From Orbicella franksi (taxonomy: Eukaryota): a stretch of DNA of 64,000 nucleotides. A model generated the notes under the pieces. That model did no database searches. It saw only the letters and a list, made by a program, of their open reading frames with translations, and had not been told where the DNA came from. Of the stretch, positions 62,800 through 64,000 are shown in pieces (positions within the stretch are counted from its first letter, which is position 1; every line of letters starts with the position of its first letter). Where the stretch lies: positions 24,242,001 through 24,306,000 of the forward strand of contig OZ116701.1 in the NCBI GenBank assembly GCA_964199315.1. The letters run 5' to 3'. A program made the translations under genes and the position numbers.

Positions 62800-63720
62800 A
62801 GGTCAGAACATAACATTTCCATCTGAGCTTTAAATAAATCAGGCTCCCTTTCAACTTCATTTACAGAGCAAACCTTCAGAGAACTTCCTCACCAATCCCC
62901 ATCCAAGGGACAAAATGCTTCAAGTTCACAAGCCAACGACAGGGCTTCATCCATGGTGCCTGGTTTATCTCTGCATAATTGGAGCCTGTCATTATTATTT
63001 TTGATGGCATCCATTAAATGGTGTACGGCAAATCTTTCCTGAGTGTCAGGAGACAAATCCTGTTAAGCTAGACTAAACATAGACCGGATATCTGCAGCAA
63101 GAACTTGAACACTTTCATTTTCCTGTTGGCAACAGCTATGCAGACAGGCCTTGTGCAACTCGCATTGTTTTTCAACACCAAAGCGAAGCTCCAGTCTCCA
63201 GTAAACAATCTTCTTGAAATTTTGACAGTCGGTATCAGACAGGCCATTTAGCACCTTTTGAGCTTTCCCACAAAGGCTTGCGGCCAGGAATACAGCAGCT
63301 TCTTCATTGCTCCAACCATTAACAACAGAGCAATGCTCAAAGTGTTTCAAATAATCTTGCAGGATGTTAACAGGTTTCATAAACTTCTAGTGGTGTGCAA
63401 ACAAATCAGCCGAATAATTATCCGATTCGTTGTCTGGCACAAATAGGTTTGCAAAGTGAGATTGACAACTTGAACTTTTGAAATAATTTTCTGATGGATC
63501 CAGAGATGAATCAGACTCTGGGGTAAACGGATTCCCCAGCTTAAAAGGAATAACTGCCGTCAAGCAACTCGTCCCTTTGGATTCCAAATCCATGAATGAG
63601 TTTTTCACCATTGCGAACCGATGAAACCACGCAAGCAAACACAAAATTTCCATGCAGAACCATACAAAACAATGATATTTGGCCACAAAAACCACCAAAA
63701 TATCTCCACTGACCACAGGT
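62800..63720 (-). pseudogene. Gypsy gag fragment
   Basis: YLKHFEHCSVVNGWSNEEAAVFLAASLCGKAQKVL...LELRFG...ESVQVLAADIR. Confidence 0.75.
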
Positions 63721-64000
63721 AGATGTAAAGTTCGTTTTGTTCACCACTGCCACCAATGTAATGCCACAATCCCTCTATAAAACACAGTGTTCAAACATTT
63801 TGATTTGGAACTACAAGATATACAATTCCACAACACAACTGAGCACATGGTTATTGCACCATATGTCATGTGATGTACAATAGCTACTAAGGGGGGTACC
63901 CATGGGCAATCGCTTAACTCTACAATACTTATTGTATAACAGGAGTTAAAATTTATTTCCGAGTTAATATTTCAGGTGCGTGTTGATTTTAATGTTGATG

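Overview
Eukaryotic (intron-containing, AT-rich) genomic DNA. Its SINE and transposon families look cnidarian, probably a stony coral; this is inferred from family resemblance. No host gene is supported: the 64 kb is almost entirely nested, mostly decayed transposable elements. From left to right: (1) a Kolobok element entering from the left edge; (2) a BEL/Pao gag split by a 16-kb long-TIR element and a 2.7-kb Sola-like element; (3) inside the long-TIR element, a complete 12-kb IS3EU-type transposon (6542-18594, TAT...ATA ends, CGAAAC TSD) with a spliced integrase-like DDE transposase and a convergent multi-exon UBZ + CUE-like + HECT E3 ligase gene; (4) a CACTA-like transposase relic interrupted by a piggyBac; (5) a Harbinger; (6) a full-length Tx1/L1-like LINE with four nested insertions; (7) a complete ~18.8-kb Helentron (43898-62695, both termini visible) encoding a 2A-like motif + OTU + Rep + Pif1 helicase + endonuclease polyprotein and a micro-exon-rich RPA-like gene, with a Mag-type Gypsy inserted in it; (8) a Gypsy gag fragment. 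Nearly all coding sequences carry stops or frameshifts. Family names come from motif recognition, not database searches.
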